Below are positions 42,961-58,887 of a DNA stretch of 64,000 nt, piece after piece (positions within the stretch are counted from its first letter, which is position 1; each line of letters opens with the position of its first letter). The DNA is taken from assembly GCF_009914755.1 (NCBI RefSeq), contig NC_060939.1; one strand, 5' to 3'. A program made the translations under genes and the position numbers. The stretch is from the human T2T-CHM13v2.0 reference genome, Homo sapiens. The notes beneath the pieces were generated by a model. It was not told the origin of the DNA and did no database searches. It saw only the letters and a program-made list of their open reading frames with translations.

Positions 42961-45349
42961 TGTGTCTCCACTAGAGGATCCTCTCTTTGGTTCTTCTGAG
43001 TCATTAGTCATCAATAATTTATCTCCAAACTGTAGGTTTCACAGGAGGAGATGCCACTTGAAGGTTCATGGCTTAAAATGGAGATGGAATGTGGAACATG
43101 GTGGGAAGCACCGGGAGGGGTTTATTGATAAATTTCAAGTACTTTGTGGGGCTCTGAAAGACTGTCTTCAAATTCTTTGTCCTACTAACTCTTTCATATT
43201 CAAATGTCATGTGGGTATATCTTTTGGGTTAAATTAAGGAAAATCTCCATGAAAAGTAAAAAACAAACAAAAAAACCCCAAAAGAATAGAAAGAGGTACT
43301 ATGAAAAATCAACTCAGATTTCTCAGAGTTTTATTAACTCAAAGAAGCCAGTTGGAAGAAGACAGAATTGATTTTGACAATCTCTAGCAAACCCTTTAGC
43401 GTTCAATGCACTCTAGACCATGAGTATAAAGAAGTTCACTTAATAGGTTCACCAAATTAGTTAGTTTGTGTAGTTCAAAGGGAAACAGACACACAGGACT
43501 GTGAGGTTTTGTCAGCTGTGAAAGGCAAGTCTGAGTCCAGTGAGCCCAGGCAGGCCATGAAGGGGCAGGGCAGGAGAAGGATGGTGCTGGGAGGCTAGGG
43601 AACTGGTCACCTCTGTGCTGGCTGAAGATCACAAAAATCAACACAGCTTTCTGCAAATGCTGCCCGTGCCTGATGGAATTAAGCAGAGCTCTGAGAAAGA
43701 CAGCACCGGGGCCAAGGATGGGTCCTGAGCTGCCTACAGTCATCAATATCTTGGCCAGTGGCTATGCACTCAGGGGCAATTTGGCTAGCTTTCTTGATCC
43801 ACACCAGAAAACTCGCTTTTGAAGTGGTTTGGAAAGCTCCAAAAGGGGAGTGGTTCATGCTATTGGTATTGCTGCCTAAAAGAAAAGATTCTGCTTTTCA
43901 TCAGCTGCTGATTTTTGCTCTCTGTATTTCTCTAGCATCTGTTGCTGGTGGCCCTGGTTATGCTAACAAGTAGATAGTGTAGCTGCAGCAGCAGAACAGA
44001 AAAGACTCTCCTGGATTCTCAGTTCCAGGCTGGCCTGGGAACAGGCTTAGGGATGTTTCAATGTTTGAATGCAGGTGAGCTGGAGATCTGTGGCAAATCT
44101 TTTGACATGAGGCTGGGCATTCTTTATAGCTTCCCCAGACACAGGAATTGGCAGGGCTTGAAAAAGAATCACTGGCAGGAGGTTCATTTTCTTTATTGCT
44201 ACCTCCCCAGCCATAAAATTAAAAGCTTTTTACCTAAATCACGTTAGCCATCTCGTGGGAGTAGGAGATCATTTCCTTCAGAGTCTTTCCCGATTGGAGT
44301 CTAGTCCTAGGATGGTTTGAACGGTCCATTTGAATTTGAGGAGCTTTCTAATTGATGCTTCTCATCCCCTCTCCGACCAGTCTTATTTGGTGTCATCTGC
44401 CTTTCCCCTTCCTCCCTACAAAACCTCAGAGTTTTGAAACAAAAATCTTAGTATTGTAAACTTCATCATGCTAATTTCATCAATTCAAACGAACCTTCCC
44501 TTGTTTGAGTTTCCTCCAACTGTGTGACTTAGGGCTGTTGAACTCTTTCAAATACACAGGAAAATGGAAACCTCTTTTGGTGTCTAGTGATTGTATAATA
44601 AAACATTTTCAGATGCTAATCACATGCTTTGTGCTTTGTTAATGAATGAAATTCCAAAGATATTCCTATTTGAAAGGTTTAAAAATATAATAACTGTCAT
44701 TATATCTAATTCTGCCTACATTTCTGGTGTGAAATGAGAAGTCAGGAGCCCTGCCATCTACACAGTGCATGGTTCTACCAGCTATTTCTGTGTCACTTCA
44801 AGCAAGTCACTTCTTTTCTGCCTTTTCTTTCTTTTTATGTAAAATGTGGATAACTATCTGTCTCACTGAATTCATAGAGTGACTGTATTATGTACAACAA
44901 AATTTATTGAAAAGCCTAAAGCTCTATAATTAGGTAGAATATTACCTGTGATTTATAAGCTTTTTAAATCCTGGGGCAGTGGAGGAAGTATTCCTCTTAC
45001 TGTAAAAGGACATCCCTCTAATAATCTCCCTTCTTTTCCTGACTTTTCAGGGATTCTGTTCATTGCTTTTCCATTTGTCATCTGCATCTTCAATCTCTCT
45101 CCTTCTTGATGCATTCGGTCAGCATTTAAATATAAATTTTTCATTTAAAAAATCTTCTATCTTGGAGGAACCTTAACTTTGACTCTGTGTGTCTTTCTAG
45201 CTATCAAGCCATCTCCTCCTTTCTTGGCAAATTTTTCTCAAGGATTTTCCACATTTACTATCTCCTTTTGCTCATTTTCCTTTCACTCTTTATTCAGGTC
45301 AGTTTGGCTTTCACTTTCATCAAGCCTATGAAACTGCTTATGCTAAGGT

Positions 45350-45695
45350 CACCATATAAGAGTGCTAGGGGCTTCCATCACAAGCTGCCACAGATTGAGT
45401 GGTTTATCTTCTCGCAGCTCTGAAGACTGGAAATCCAGGATGGAACGTCAGCAGGTTTGCCTTCTTCTGAGAACTGCTGCCTTGCAGATGCCTCCCTTCC
45501 TGCTGTGTCCTCAGGTTGTGTTGCCTGTGTCTCAATCTCTTTTTACATGGACACCTGCCATATTGGTTTAGGGTCCACCCATATGGCTTCATTTGACCTC
45601 ACTTACCTCTTTGAATGCCTTCTCTAAATCAGTCCCTCTGAGGCAGTGAGGATCAGCTCTTCAACATAGGAATCTGGGGGGACACAATTCAGCAC
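45350..45695. mobile_element. MLT1-family MaLR LTR within L2 remnants
   Basis: ccacagattgagtgg...ctcgcagctctgaagactggaaatccagg...ttggtttagggtccaccc...ggggacacaattca. Confidence 0.7.
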
Positions 45696-45734
45696 CCCCA
45701 AAATTGGTGATTCCTAAACATCATGAACACTATT

Positions 45735-46005
45735 CCTCTTTCTCTCTTTCTTTCCCTTTCTTTCTTTCTTTCTTTCTTCTCTCTCTCTTTCTCTCTCTCT
45801 TTCTTTCTTTCCTCTTTCTTTCTCCCTTCCTTCCTTCCTTCCTCCCTTTCCTTTCCTTTCCTCGCTCTCCCTTCATTCTTTCCTTCCCTTTCCTTTCCTT
45901 TCCCTTCCTTTCCTCGCTCTCCCTTCCTTCTTTCCTTTCCTTTCCTCGCTCTTCCTTCCTTCTTTCCTTCCTTCGTTCTCTCTCTTTCTCCCTTCCTTCC
46001 TCCTA
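45735..46005. repeat. ~270-bp polypyrimidine (TTTC/TTCC/CT) low-complexity tract
   Basis: Nearly pure C/T on the + strand, with a repeated cctttcctcgctct sub-motif; abuts an antisense L1MA 3' end (46005-46130). Confidence 0.95.
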
Positions 46006-46289
46006 TTTATTTACTTTTGTTTATATAAAATTTATGGGATACATGTGCAATTTTGTTCCATGCATAGTGGTCAGTTCAAAGCTATTAGGGTATCCATCAC
46101 CCAAGTAACATATATTGTACATATTATGTAATATATAAGTCCAATGGGGTCTCAGGAACATTCAGTAGAGTAGAACCCTGACCTCTTCCTCTAGCTTGAA
46201 CTATTTTCTTATCAGCTTCTTCCTCTTTGCCCAAACTTTAAATGTTGAAGTTCCTAAATCCTGGGTCCTCTTCTGTTCTTATTCCATAC

Positions 46290-46503
46290 TAGGCTTGTCC
46301 AACCCATGGTCTATGGGCCATGTGTGGCCCAGGACAGCTTTGAATGCAGCCCAACACAAATTTGTAAACATTCTTCAAGCATTATAAGATATTTTATGAT
46401 TTTGTTTAGCTCATCAGCTATTGTTAATATTAGTATATTTTATGTGTGGCCCAAGACAATTCTTCTTATTTGAATGCAGCCAGGGAAGCCAAAAGATTGG
46501 ACA
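46290..46503. mobile_element. MER30 (hAT-Charlie MITE)
   Basis: aggcttgtccaaccc...cagggaagccaaaagattggacac; homologous to 14854-15068. Confidence 0.85.
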
Positions 46504-47359
46504 CAGACTGCCTACACAGACTCCAGACAAGGTTTTATTAATTACTATGGCTTTAGATACCATTTATATGCATATGACTCCTACAGACCTCTCCTCCCAA
46601 GCTCCAAATCATTATGTGCACCTGCCATCTTGAAATCTCCCCTGGGATTTTCACAGGCATTCCTAAAATCAGATTTCAAAACTCTTGAGTTCTGCCCCCA
46701 CATCTATGCCACTTCCTCAATCATTTCTCTTTTGTTAGTTTATTTCTTTTTCAGCCTTACCATTTTTCATAAAAATTATCTCCATTTACCCATATGCTTC
46801 TTCCAGAAAGCATCATCATCCTTGATGCTTTCTTCTTCCTTCAACCCCCCCTACCATCACAACTTGCAACCAAGTACTGTTATTTCACCTTCAAAATATG
46901 TGCTAAAATTATCCGCTTCTGTCCTCTGCATCTTTCACCTGGTGTGCAAACATATACTCCTCTTTCCAACTTTTTGCCTCTCCAATACCTTCTCTATGGC
47001 ACACCCAGAGAGGTTCTTCAAAAATTTCAATTAGATCATGTCTCTCCTTCGTTTAAAAATCTTTAATGATTTTCTACCCACGAAATAATTCTGCTAGTCT
47101 GCAAGCTCTAAAGATGCAAGGACTAGGTTTGCCTTATTTATTTCTGTTTATGCAGAGCCTAGCCTTGCATTTAGTAGGAATTTAACACATTGACCTAGAT
47201 CTTGTCCACCTTCTCAGCCTCACCTCTCATGGAAGCACTCATAGGCCTCAGTCCAGTTACTCTTTTCTCAGATCCCTGAGCTGGCCTGGTACAGGGCTTC
47301 CTCAGCCATGATGCGTTCACTCTTGATTTGTTGGCTGGTATCTGCTTATATTCTTGCTA

Positions 47360-47510
47360 CTGTAACTGATGTCCAAGACAGTCACATAGGCATCCCTGGG
47401 AGCTTGCTAGAACTCAGGCACCACCCTAGATACAATGAATCAGAATCTGCATGTTGACAAGGTCCCCAGGTGGTTCATATGCACATTCAAGTTTACAGTG
47501 CTTTGCTCTG
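47360..47510. mobile_element. MER5A
   Basis: ctgggagcttgctagaa...gaatcagaatctgcat.ttgacaaggtccccaggtg.ttcatatgcacatt.aagttt. Confidence 0.75.
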
Positions 47511-47960
47511 GATCCCAGCCTGAGTGTTAGTTCTTTAAAGAGACCTTTCCCAACTGGCCAAATCTTATTAAGTCATGTGATGGATTCACCCACATGGTCT
47601 GTGATACAGAAGGGAAAAGGAGTTGAGGCCTATTGATCAGAAGCTGCTCACTTTAGAGTTTTACCTAAGGGTGATCCTATCAAAAGTTCTGGATTTTGTA
47701 GAGAAGCATACAAAGTATGTGAATAGTTTGATTTGAGCAAATTGAAAATTGCCAGTTTTCTTTGCTTTAACAAATGTTTGCTTTCCCTCTGAAAATCCCT
47801 TGTTACAGGTCCTTAGTTTTAGTGTGCTACATTATGACATGATGGGAATAGTGCACAGCAGTGATCCTCAGTTGGTTTGGGTTTTCAATACATAATTGAT
47901 CCATGGTTGTGGCATGTATTGTAGAATGTCCAGCTAGAACACCTATTCTTTCAATTACTT

Positions 47961-48008
47961 TCATTACTTTCAATGGCAAAACCACAATTACTTTTGCACT
48001 AACCTGAT
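47961..48008. mobile_element. MADE1 (Hsmar1-derived MITE) half-element
   Basis: cattactttcaatggcaaaaccacaattacttttgcactaacct matches one MADE1 arm. Confidence 0.75.
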
Positions 48009-48460
48009 AGCTTTGCCACAAGTCAGTTGTTTGGTTTTCTTTTTTTGTTGTTGTTTGTTTTTATTTTTGCAAACACTTTAGATACTACATAGTGGATGGA
48101 TTAGTTTGTGGTTCCTGGGATCTTCTGTGTATTCTGTTGAAGCTCAGTAATCACATTGCTGCGGACCTCCAAAATTTTACAAAGGACTGCATAGTGAGTA
48201 TTCAGCTGGTAAACTAAACCACAGCTTATTACTGTGAGAAGAAAGAAAGCACACCAATTAAAAGTAAACACTGTTTAAACCTATCTCAATGAATTTCTAA
48301 AGTGTCATATATTTATTATATTCTCTACTTGTAAAATATTTTGTTGTGTGTATTGCCAAGTATTTCAGGATTTTATGGGTATAATGTATTCTATTAATTT
48401 TACTGGAAACCTTGTAGTTATTCAACAAACAAACTAAAAGGGTTGGCAGAGATGTAATTT

Positions 48461-51400
48461 CAAAAAGAGTGTTTCAAAGCTTCTCTTTCAAAAGAAAAGT
48501 TCAACTCTGTGAGTTGAGTACACACATCACAAAGTAGTTACTGAGAATTCTTCTGTCTACTTTTTATGGGAAGATATTTCCTTTTCCACCATAGGCCTTA
48601 AAGCACTCCAAGTTTCCACTTACAGATTCTACAAAAAGAGTGTTTCAAAACTGTTCTATGAAAGGGAATGTTCAACTCTGTGAGTTGAATGCAAACTTCA
48701 TAAAGAAGTTTCTGAGAATGCTTCTGTCTAGTTTTTATGTGAAGATATTCCCATTTCCAAAGAAAGCCTCAAAGCTATCCAAATAACCACTTGCAGATTC
48801 TACAAAAAGAGTGATTCAAAACAACTGTTTCAAAAGAAAGGTTCAACTCTGTGAGTTGACTACACACATCACAAAGAAGTTTCTGAGAATGCTTCTGTCT
48901 AGTTTTTATGTGAGGATATTTCCTTTTTCACCATAGGCCTCAAAGCGCTCCAAATGTCCATTTCCAGATACTACCAAAAGAGTGTTTCAAAACTGCTGTA
49001 TGAAAGGGAATGTTCAACTCTGTGAGTTGAATGCAAACATCACAAAAAACTTCCTGAGAATGCTTCTGTCTAGTTTTTATGTGAAGATATTCCCGTTTCC
49101 AACGAAGGAATCAAAGCAGGCTAAATATCCACTTGCAGATTCTAAGAAAAGAGTGTTTCAAAACTTCTCTTTCAAAAGAAAATTTCAACTCCATGAGTTG
49201 AGTACACACATCACAAAGTAGTTTCTGAGAATACTTCTGTCTAGTTCTTATGGGAAGATATTTCCTTTTTCACCAGAGACCTCAAAGCGCTCCAAGTTTC
49301 CACTTAAACAGATTCTACAAAAAGAGTGTTTCAAAACTGTTCTGTGAAACGGAATGTTCCACTCTGTGAGTTGAATGCAAACCTCATAAAGAGGTTTCTG
49401 AGATGCTTCTGTCTAGTTTTTATGTGAAGATATTCCCGTTTCCAATGAAAGCCTCAAAGCTATACAAATAACCACTTGCAGATCATACAAAGAGTGTTCA
49501 AACCTGCTGTATCAAAAGAAAGGTTCAATTTGTGAGTTGACTACACACATCACAAAAAAGTTTCTCAGAATGCTTCTGTCTAGTTTTTATGTGAGGATAC
49601 TACCTTTTTCACCATAGGCCTCAAAGCTCTCCAAATGTCCACTTCCAGCTACTACAAAATGAGTGTTTCAGAACTGCTGTATGAAAGGGAATGTTCAACT
49701 CTGTGAGTTGAATGCAAACAACACAAAGAAGTTTCAGACAATGCTTCTGTCTAGTTTTTATGTGAAGATATTCCCGTTTCCAACAAAATCCTCAAAGCTA
49801 GCCAAATATCCACTTGCAGACTCTACAAAAAGAATGTTTGAAAACTGCTCTATCAAAAGAAAAGTCAAATCTGTGAGTTGAGTACACACATCATAAAGTA
49901 GTTTCTGAGAATTCTTCTGTCTAGATTTTATGGGAAGATATTTCCTTTTTCACCACAGGCCTCAAAGCGCTCCAAGTTTCCACTTCACATTCTACAAAAA
50001 GAGTGTTTCAAAACTACTCTATGAAAAGGAAAGTTCAATTTTGTGGGTTGAATGCAAGCATCACAAAGAATTTCTGAGAATGCTTCTGTCTAGTTGTTAC
50101 TTGAAGATATTCCCGTTTCCAACGAAAGTCTCAAACTCGGTGAGTTGAATGCACACATCACAACGAAGTTTCTGAGAATGTTTCTGTCTAGTTTTTATGT
50201 GAAGATATTCCCGTTTCTGTTGAAGGCCTCAGAGCAGGTTAAACATCCACTTGCAGATTCTACGAAAAGAGTGTTTCAAAACTTCTCTTTCAAAACAAAA
50301 GTTCAACCCTGTGAGTTGAGTACACACATCACAAAGTAGTTACTGAGAATTCTTCTGTCTAGTTTTTATTCAAAGATATTTCCTTTTTCACCATAGGGGT
50401 AAAAGTGCTCCAAGTTTCCACTTACAGATCCTTCAAAAAGAGTGTTTCAAAACTGATCTATGAAAAGGAATGTTCAACTCTGTGAGTTGAATGCAAACGT
50501 CATAAAGAAGTTTCTGAGAATGCTTCTGTCTAGTTTTTATGTGAAGATATTCCCGTTTCCAACGAAAGCCTCAAAGCTATCCAAATAACCACTTGCAGAT
50601 TCTACAAAACGAGTGTTACAAACTGCTGTATCAAAAGAAGGTTCAGCTCTGTGAGTTGACTACACACATCACAAAGAAGTTTCAGAGAATGCTTCTGTCT
50701 AGTTGTTATGTGAGGATATTTCCTTTTTCACCATAGGCCTCAAAGCGCTCCAAATGTCCACTTCCAGATATTACAAAAAGTATGTTTCAAAACTGCTGTA
50801 TGAAAGGAGATGTTCAACTCTGTGAGTAGAATGCAAACATCACAAAGAAGTTCCTGAGAATGTTTCTGTCTAGTTTTTATGTGAAGATATTCCCGTTTCC
50901 AATGAAATCCTCAAAGCTATCCAAATATCCACTTGCAGACTCTACAAAAAGAGTGTTTGAAAACTCCTCTATCAAAAGAAAGGTTCAAATCTGTAAGTTG
51001 AGTACACACATCACAAAGTAGTTTCTGAGAATTCTTCTGTCTAGTTTTTATGGGAAGATATTTCCTTTTTCAACACAGGCCTCAAACCGCTCCAAGTTTC
51101 CACTTACAAATTCTACAAAAAGAGTGTTTCAAAACTGTTCTATGAAATGGAATGTTCAATTTTGTGCGTTGAATGCAAGCATCACAAAGAAGTTTCTGAG
51201 AATGCTTCTGTCTAGTTGTTACTTGAAGATATTCCCGTTTCCAACGAACCCTCAAAGCTATCCATATATCCACTTGCAGATTCTATAAAAAGTGTGTTAC
51301 AAAAATGCTGTATCTAAAGAAAGGTTCAACTCTATGAGTTGAGTACAGACAGCACAAAGAAGTTTCTGAGTAAGCTTCTCTCTAGTTTTTAGGTGAAGAT

Positions 51401-52855
51401 ATTTCCTTTTTCACCTTTGGCCTCAAAGTGCTCCAAATTTCCAATTCCAGATACTTCAAGAAGAGTGTTTCAAAACTGCTCTATGAAAAGGAATGTTGAA
51501 CTCTGTGAGTTGAATGCAAGCATCACAAAGAAGTTTCTGAGAATGATTCTGTCTAGTTTTTATGGGAAGATATTCCCATTTCCAACGAAATCCTCAAACC
51601 TATTCAAATATGCACTTGCAGACTCTACAAAAAGAGGGTTTCAAATCTGATCTATGAGAAGAAAAGTTCAACCCAGTGAGTTGAGTACACCCATCACAAA
51701 GAAGTTTCAGAGAATGCTTCTGTCTAGTTTTTATGTGAAGATATTTCCTTTTTCACCATAGACCTCAAAGTGCTCCAAATGTCCAATTCCAGATACTACA
51801 AAAAGAGTGTTTCAAAACTGCTCTATGAAAAGAAATGTTCAACTCTGTGAGTTGAATTCAAGCATCACAAACAAGTTTCTGAGGATGCTTCTCTCTAGTG
51901 TTTGTTTCTGTGAAGATACACTCGTTTCCAAGAAAGGCCTCAAAGCTGTCCAGATATCCACTTGCAAATTCTACAAAAAGAGTGTTTCCAATCTGCTCTA
52001 TCAAAAGAAAGTTTCAACTCAGTGTGTTGAATGCACACATCACAGAGAAGTTTCTGAGAATGCTTCTGTCTAGTTTTATGTGAAGATATTCCGTTTCCAA
52101 TGAAATCGTCAATGCAGTCCCAATATCCACCTGTACATTCTACAAGAAGAGTGGTTCCAAACTGCTTTATCAAAGGAAAGGTTTAATTCTCTGAGTTGAG
52201 TACACACATCAAAAAGTCGTTTCTGAGAATGCTTCTGTCTACTTTTTATGGGAAGATATTTCCTTTTTCACCATATGTCTCGAATCACTCCAAATGTCTA
52301 CTTGCAGATTCTACAAAAAGAAAGTTTCAAAACTGATCTATGAAAAGGAATGTACAATTCAGTGAGTTGAACGCAAACTTCATAAAGAACCTTCTGAGAA
52401 TGCTTCTGTCTTTTTCTTATGTGAAGATATTACCATTTCCAATGAAAGCCTCAAATCTATCCAAATATCCACTTGCAGATACTACAAAAAGAGTGCTTCA
52501 AAACTGCTGTATCAAAAGAAAGGTTCAACTCTGTGAGTTGACTACACAAATCACAAAGGAGTTTCTGAGAATGCTTCTCTCTAGTTTTTATGTGAAGATA
52601 TTTCCTCTTTCACGGCAGGCCTCGAACCGCTCCAAATGTGCACTTCCAGATACTACAAAAAGAGTGTTTCAGAACTGCTCTATCAAAAGAAAGGTTCAAC
52701 TCTATGAGTTGAATGCACACATCACAACGAAGTTTCTGAGAATGCTTCTGTCTAGTTTTTATGTGAAGATATTCCCGTTTCCAACGAAGGCCTCAAAGCA
52801 GTCAAAATATCCACTTACAGATTCTACGAAAAGAGTGTTTCAAAACTTCTCTTTC
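48461..52855 (-). repeat. Alpha satellite, left block (171-bp monomers, A/B alternation, SF5 R1/R2-like)
   Basis: 171-bp periodicity of gttcaactctgtgagttga...catcacaaagaagtttctgagaatgcttctgtctag. Alternating ttcctttttcacc (A/pJalpha) and tcccgtttccaacgaa (B/CENP-B) boxes. The suprachromosomal family call is an inference. Confidence 0.97.
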
Positions 52856-53760
52856 GGGGAGGAGCCAAGATGGCCGAATAGGAACAGCTCCGGTCTACAG
52901 CTCCCAGCGTGAGCGACGCAGAAGACGGGTGATTTCTGCATTTCCATCTGAGGTACCAGGTTCATCTCACTAGGGAGTGCCAGACAGTGGGCGCAGGCCA
53001 GTGTGTGTGCGCACCGTGCGCGAGCCGAAGCAGGGCGAGGCATTGCCTCACCTGGGAAGCGCAAGGGGTCAGGGAGTTCCCTTTCCGAGTCAAAGAAATG
53101 GGTGACGGACGCACCTGGAAAATCGGGTCACTCCCACCCGAATATTGCGCTTTTCAGACCGGCTTAAGAAACGGCGCACCACGAGACTATATCCCACACC
53201 TGGCTCAGAGGGTCCTACGCCCACGGAATCTCGCTGATTGCTAGCACAGCAGTCTGAGATCAAACTGCAAGGCGGCAACGAGGCTGGGGGAGGGGCCCCC
53301 GCCATTGCCCAGGCTTGCTTAGGTAAACAAAGGAGCCAGGAAGCTCGAACTGGGTGGAGCCCACCACAGCTCAAGGAGGCCTGCCTGCCTCTGTAGGCTC
53401 CACCTCTGGTGGCAGGGCACAGACAAACAAAAAGACAGCAGTAACCTCTGCAGACTTAAATGTCCCTGTCTGACAGCTTTGAAGAGAGCAGTGGTTCTCC
53501 CAGCACACAGCTGCAGATCTGAGAACGGGCAGACTGCCTCCTCAAGTGGGTCCCTGACCCCTGACCCCCGAGCAGCCTAACTGGGAGGCACCCCCCAGCA
53601 GGGGCACACTGACACCTCACACGGCAGGGTATTCCAACAGACCTGCAGCTGAGGGTCCTGTCTGTTAGAAGGAAAACTAACAACCAGAAAGGACATCTAC
53701 ACCAAAAACCCATCTGTACATCACCATCATCAAAGACCAAAAGTAGATAAAACCACAAAG
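52856..53760. promoter_or_regulatory. L1 5'UTR with internal sense promoter and antisense promoter (CpG-rich)
   Basis: YY1 site AAGATGGCC at 52867-52875; RUNX3-region tgcatttccatctgaggta; SOX-type aacaaa sites; minus-strand donors at 53199 and 53114. Confidence 0.85.
53090..53305 (-). CDS. L1 ORF0 (71 aa, antisense)
   Basis: MAGAPPPASLPPCSLISDCC...RFSRCVRHPFL* from ATG 53305-53303, contained in the listed 94-aa ORF. Confidence 0.85.
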   Translation of the reverse strand: MAGAPPPASLPPCSLISDCCASNQRDSVGVGPSEPGVGYSLVVRRFLSRSEKRNIRVGVTRFSRCVRHPFL

Positions 53761-54777
53761 ATGGGGAAAAAACAGAACAGAAAAACTGGAAACTCTAAAA
53801 CGCAGAGCGCCTCTCCTCCTCCAAAGGAACGCAGTTCCTCACCAGCAACAGAACAAAGCTGGATGGAGAATGATTTTGACGAGCTGAGAGAAGAAGGCTT
53901 CAGACGATCAAATTACTCTGAGCTACGGGAGGACATTCAAACCAAAGGCAAAGAAGTTGAAAACTTTGAAAAAAATTTAGAAGAATGTATAACTAGAATA
54001 ACCAATACAGAGAAGTGCTTAAAGGAGCTGATGGAGCTGAAAACCAAGGCTCGAGAACTACGTGAAGAATGCAGAAGCCTCAGGAGCCGATGCGATCAAC
54101 TGGAAGAAAGGGTATCAGCAATGGAAGATGAAATGAATGAAATGAAGCGAGAAGGGAAGTTTAGAGAAAAAAGAATAAAAAGAAATGAGCAAAGTCTCCA
54201 AGAAATATGGGACTATGTGAAAAGACCAAATCTACGTCTGATTGGTGTACCTGAAAGTGATGTGGAGAATGGAACCAAGTTGGAAAACACTCTGCAGGAT
54301 ATTATCCAGGAGAACTTCCCCAATCTAGCAAGGCAGGCCAACGTTCAGATTCAGGAAATACAGAGAACGCCACAAAGATACTCCTCGAGAAGAGCAACTC
54401 CAAGACACATAATTGTCAGATTCACCAAAGTTGAAATGAAGGAAAAAATGTTAAGGGCAGCCAGAGAGAAAGGTCGGGTTACCCTCAAAGGAAAGCCCAT
54501 CAGACTAACAGCGGATCTCTCGGCAGAAACCCTACAAGCCAGAAGAGAGTGGGGACCAATATTCAACATTCTTAAAGAAAAGAATTTTCAACCCAGAATT
54601 TCATATCCAGCCAAACTAAGCTTCATAAGTGAAGGAGAAATAAAATACTTTATAGACAAGCAAATGCTGAGAGATTTTGTCACCACCAGGCCTGCCCTAA
54701 AAGAGCTCCTGAAGGAAGCGCTAAACATGGAAAGGAACAACCGGTACCAGCCACTGCAAAATCATGCCAAATTGTAA
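53761..54777 (+). CDS. L1 ORF1p, RNA-binding/chaperone protein (338 aa, intact)
   Basis: MGKKQNRKTGNSK start; coiled coil; REKG, ARR and YPAKLS motifs intact. Confidence 0.97.
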   Translation: MGKKQNRKTGNSKTQSASPPPKERSSSPATEQSWMENDFDELREEGFRRSNYSELREDIQTKGKEVENFEKNLEECITRITNTEKCLKELMELKTKARELREECRSLRSRCDQLEERVSAMEDEMNEMKREGKFREKRIKRNEQSLQEIWDYVKRPNLRLIGVPESDVENGTKLENTLQDIIQENFPNLARQANVQIQEIQRTPQRYSSRRATPRHIIVRFTKVEMKEKMLRAAREKGRVTLKGKPIRLTADLSAETLQARREWGPIFNILKEKNFQPRISYPAKLSFISEGEIKYFIDKQMLRDFVTTRPALKELLKEALNMERNNRYQPLQNHAKL

Positions 54778-54816
54778 AGACCATCGATGCTAGGAAGAAA
54801 CTGCATCAACTAATGA

Positions 54817-58668
<3,852 letters not shown>

Positions 58669-58887
58669 ACAATGAGATCACTTGGACACAGGAAGGGGAA
58701 TATCACACTCTGGGGACTGTGGTGGGGTCGGGGGAGGGGGGAGGGATAGCATTGGGAGATATACCTAATGCTAGATGACACGTTAGTGGGTGCAGCGCAC
58801 CAGCATGGCACATGTATACATATGTAACTAACCTGCACAATGTGCACATGTACCCTAAAACTTAGAGTATAATAAAAAAAAAAAAAA

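Noticed and set aside
45704-47066. Hydrophobic F/L/S-rich ORFs (134, 101, 186 aa) resembling membrane proteins
   Set aside because: They are translations of the CT tract and of pyrimidine-rich L2/MER30 remnants
52340-52912. 190-aa ORF running from alpha satellite into the L1 5'UTR, and the many 60-107 aa satellite ORFs
   Set aside because: 171 is a multiple of 3, so one frame stays open by periodicity; the peptides are repetitive and there is no promoter or coding signature
58720-58745. G-quadruplex-like G-tract (also at 10245-10266)
   Set aside because: Standard L1 3'UTR feature, not locus-specific
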